Shown here in pieces: positions 36,514-36,549 of a stretch of DNA of 36,549 nt; the stretch's first letter is position 1, and every line of letters begins with the position of its first letter. The notes beneath the pieces are model-generated. The model made no database searches. It saw only the letters and a program-made list of their open reading frames with translations, and was not told where the DNA came from. The position numbers were made by a program, and so were the translations under genes. This DNA is from Candidatus Effluviviaceae Genus IV sp. (lineage in GTDB: Bacteria; Joyebacterota; Joyebacteria; Joyebacterales; Joyebacteraceae): NCBI GenBank assembly GCA_014728245.1, contig WJLY01000224.1, positions 1 to 36,549 of the forward strand, read 5' to 3'.

Positions 36514-36549
36514 TCACTTCCTGCGCCTGACGCTGCCTTCCCGGTAGAA
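36514..36549 (-). CDS. gcvT: 3' end of an upstream gene, probably the aminomethyltransferase GcvT
   Basis: Reads ...FYREGSVRRRK-TGA. GcvT typically ends with (P)FY plus a basic tail and precedes gcvH. Only 12 codons are visible. Confidence 0.55.
   Translation of the reverse strand, partial: FYREGSVRRRK

Noticed and set aside
1-36549. CRISPR arrays, tRNA/rRNA genes, IS elements, prophage or defence genes
   Set aside because: No regularly spaced repeats, RNA gene signatures, or transposase, integrase or nuclease motifs were seen; intergenic gaps are short.

Overview
High-GC bacterial window with nearly all real genes on the minus strand. PorV-like barrels, a T9SS-type C-terminal domain and Bacteroidota-style ExbD proteins suggest a diderm of the FCB group (inference). 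Order in the direction of transcription: (1) gcvT(3' end)-gcvH-gcvPA-gcvPB, continuing into two hypothetical genes, a GlmL-like ASKHA ATPase with no mutase beside it, and a barrel-sandwich-hybrid/KOW protein. (2) Behind its own sigma70-like promoter, a tandemly duplicated four-gene membrane cassette of unknown function (FN3+DUF6754-like protein, multi-TM protein, 2-TM alpha/beta protein, repeat-built multi-TM protein), ending in a LipM-like lipoate ligase. (3) A TonB-dependent receptor, an acidic protein with a T9SS-like C-terminal domain and two PorV/PorQ-like barrels, converging on two Ig-repeat lipoproteins (+ strand). (4) exbB-exbD-exbD-tonB behind a long structured leader. (5) A Yip1-TolC-MacA-ATPase-two-permease exporter. 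The best candidates for an undescribed system are the GlmL-like ATPase plus duplicated membrane cassette, and the SusD-less receptor/CTD/PorV/lipoprotein module. No rRNA, tRNA, CRISPR array or mobile element was seen. All family calls come from motif recognition by eye, not database searches.
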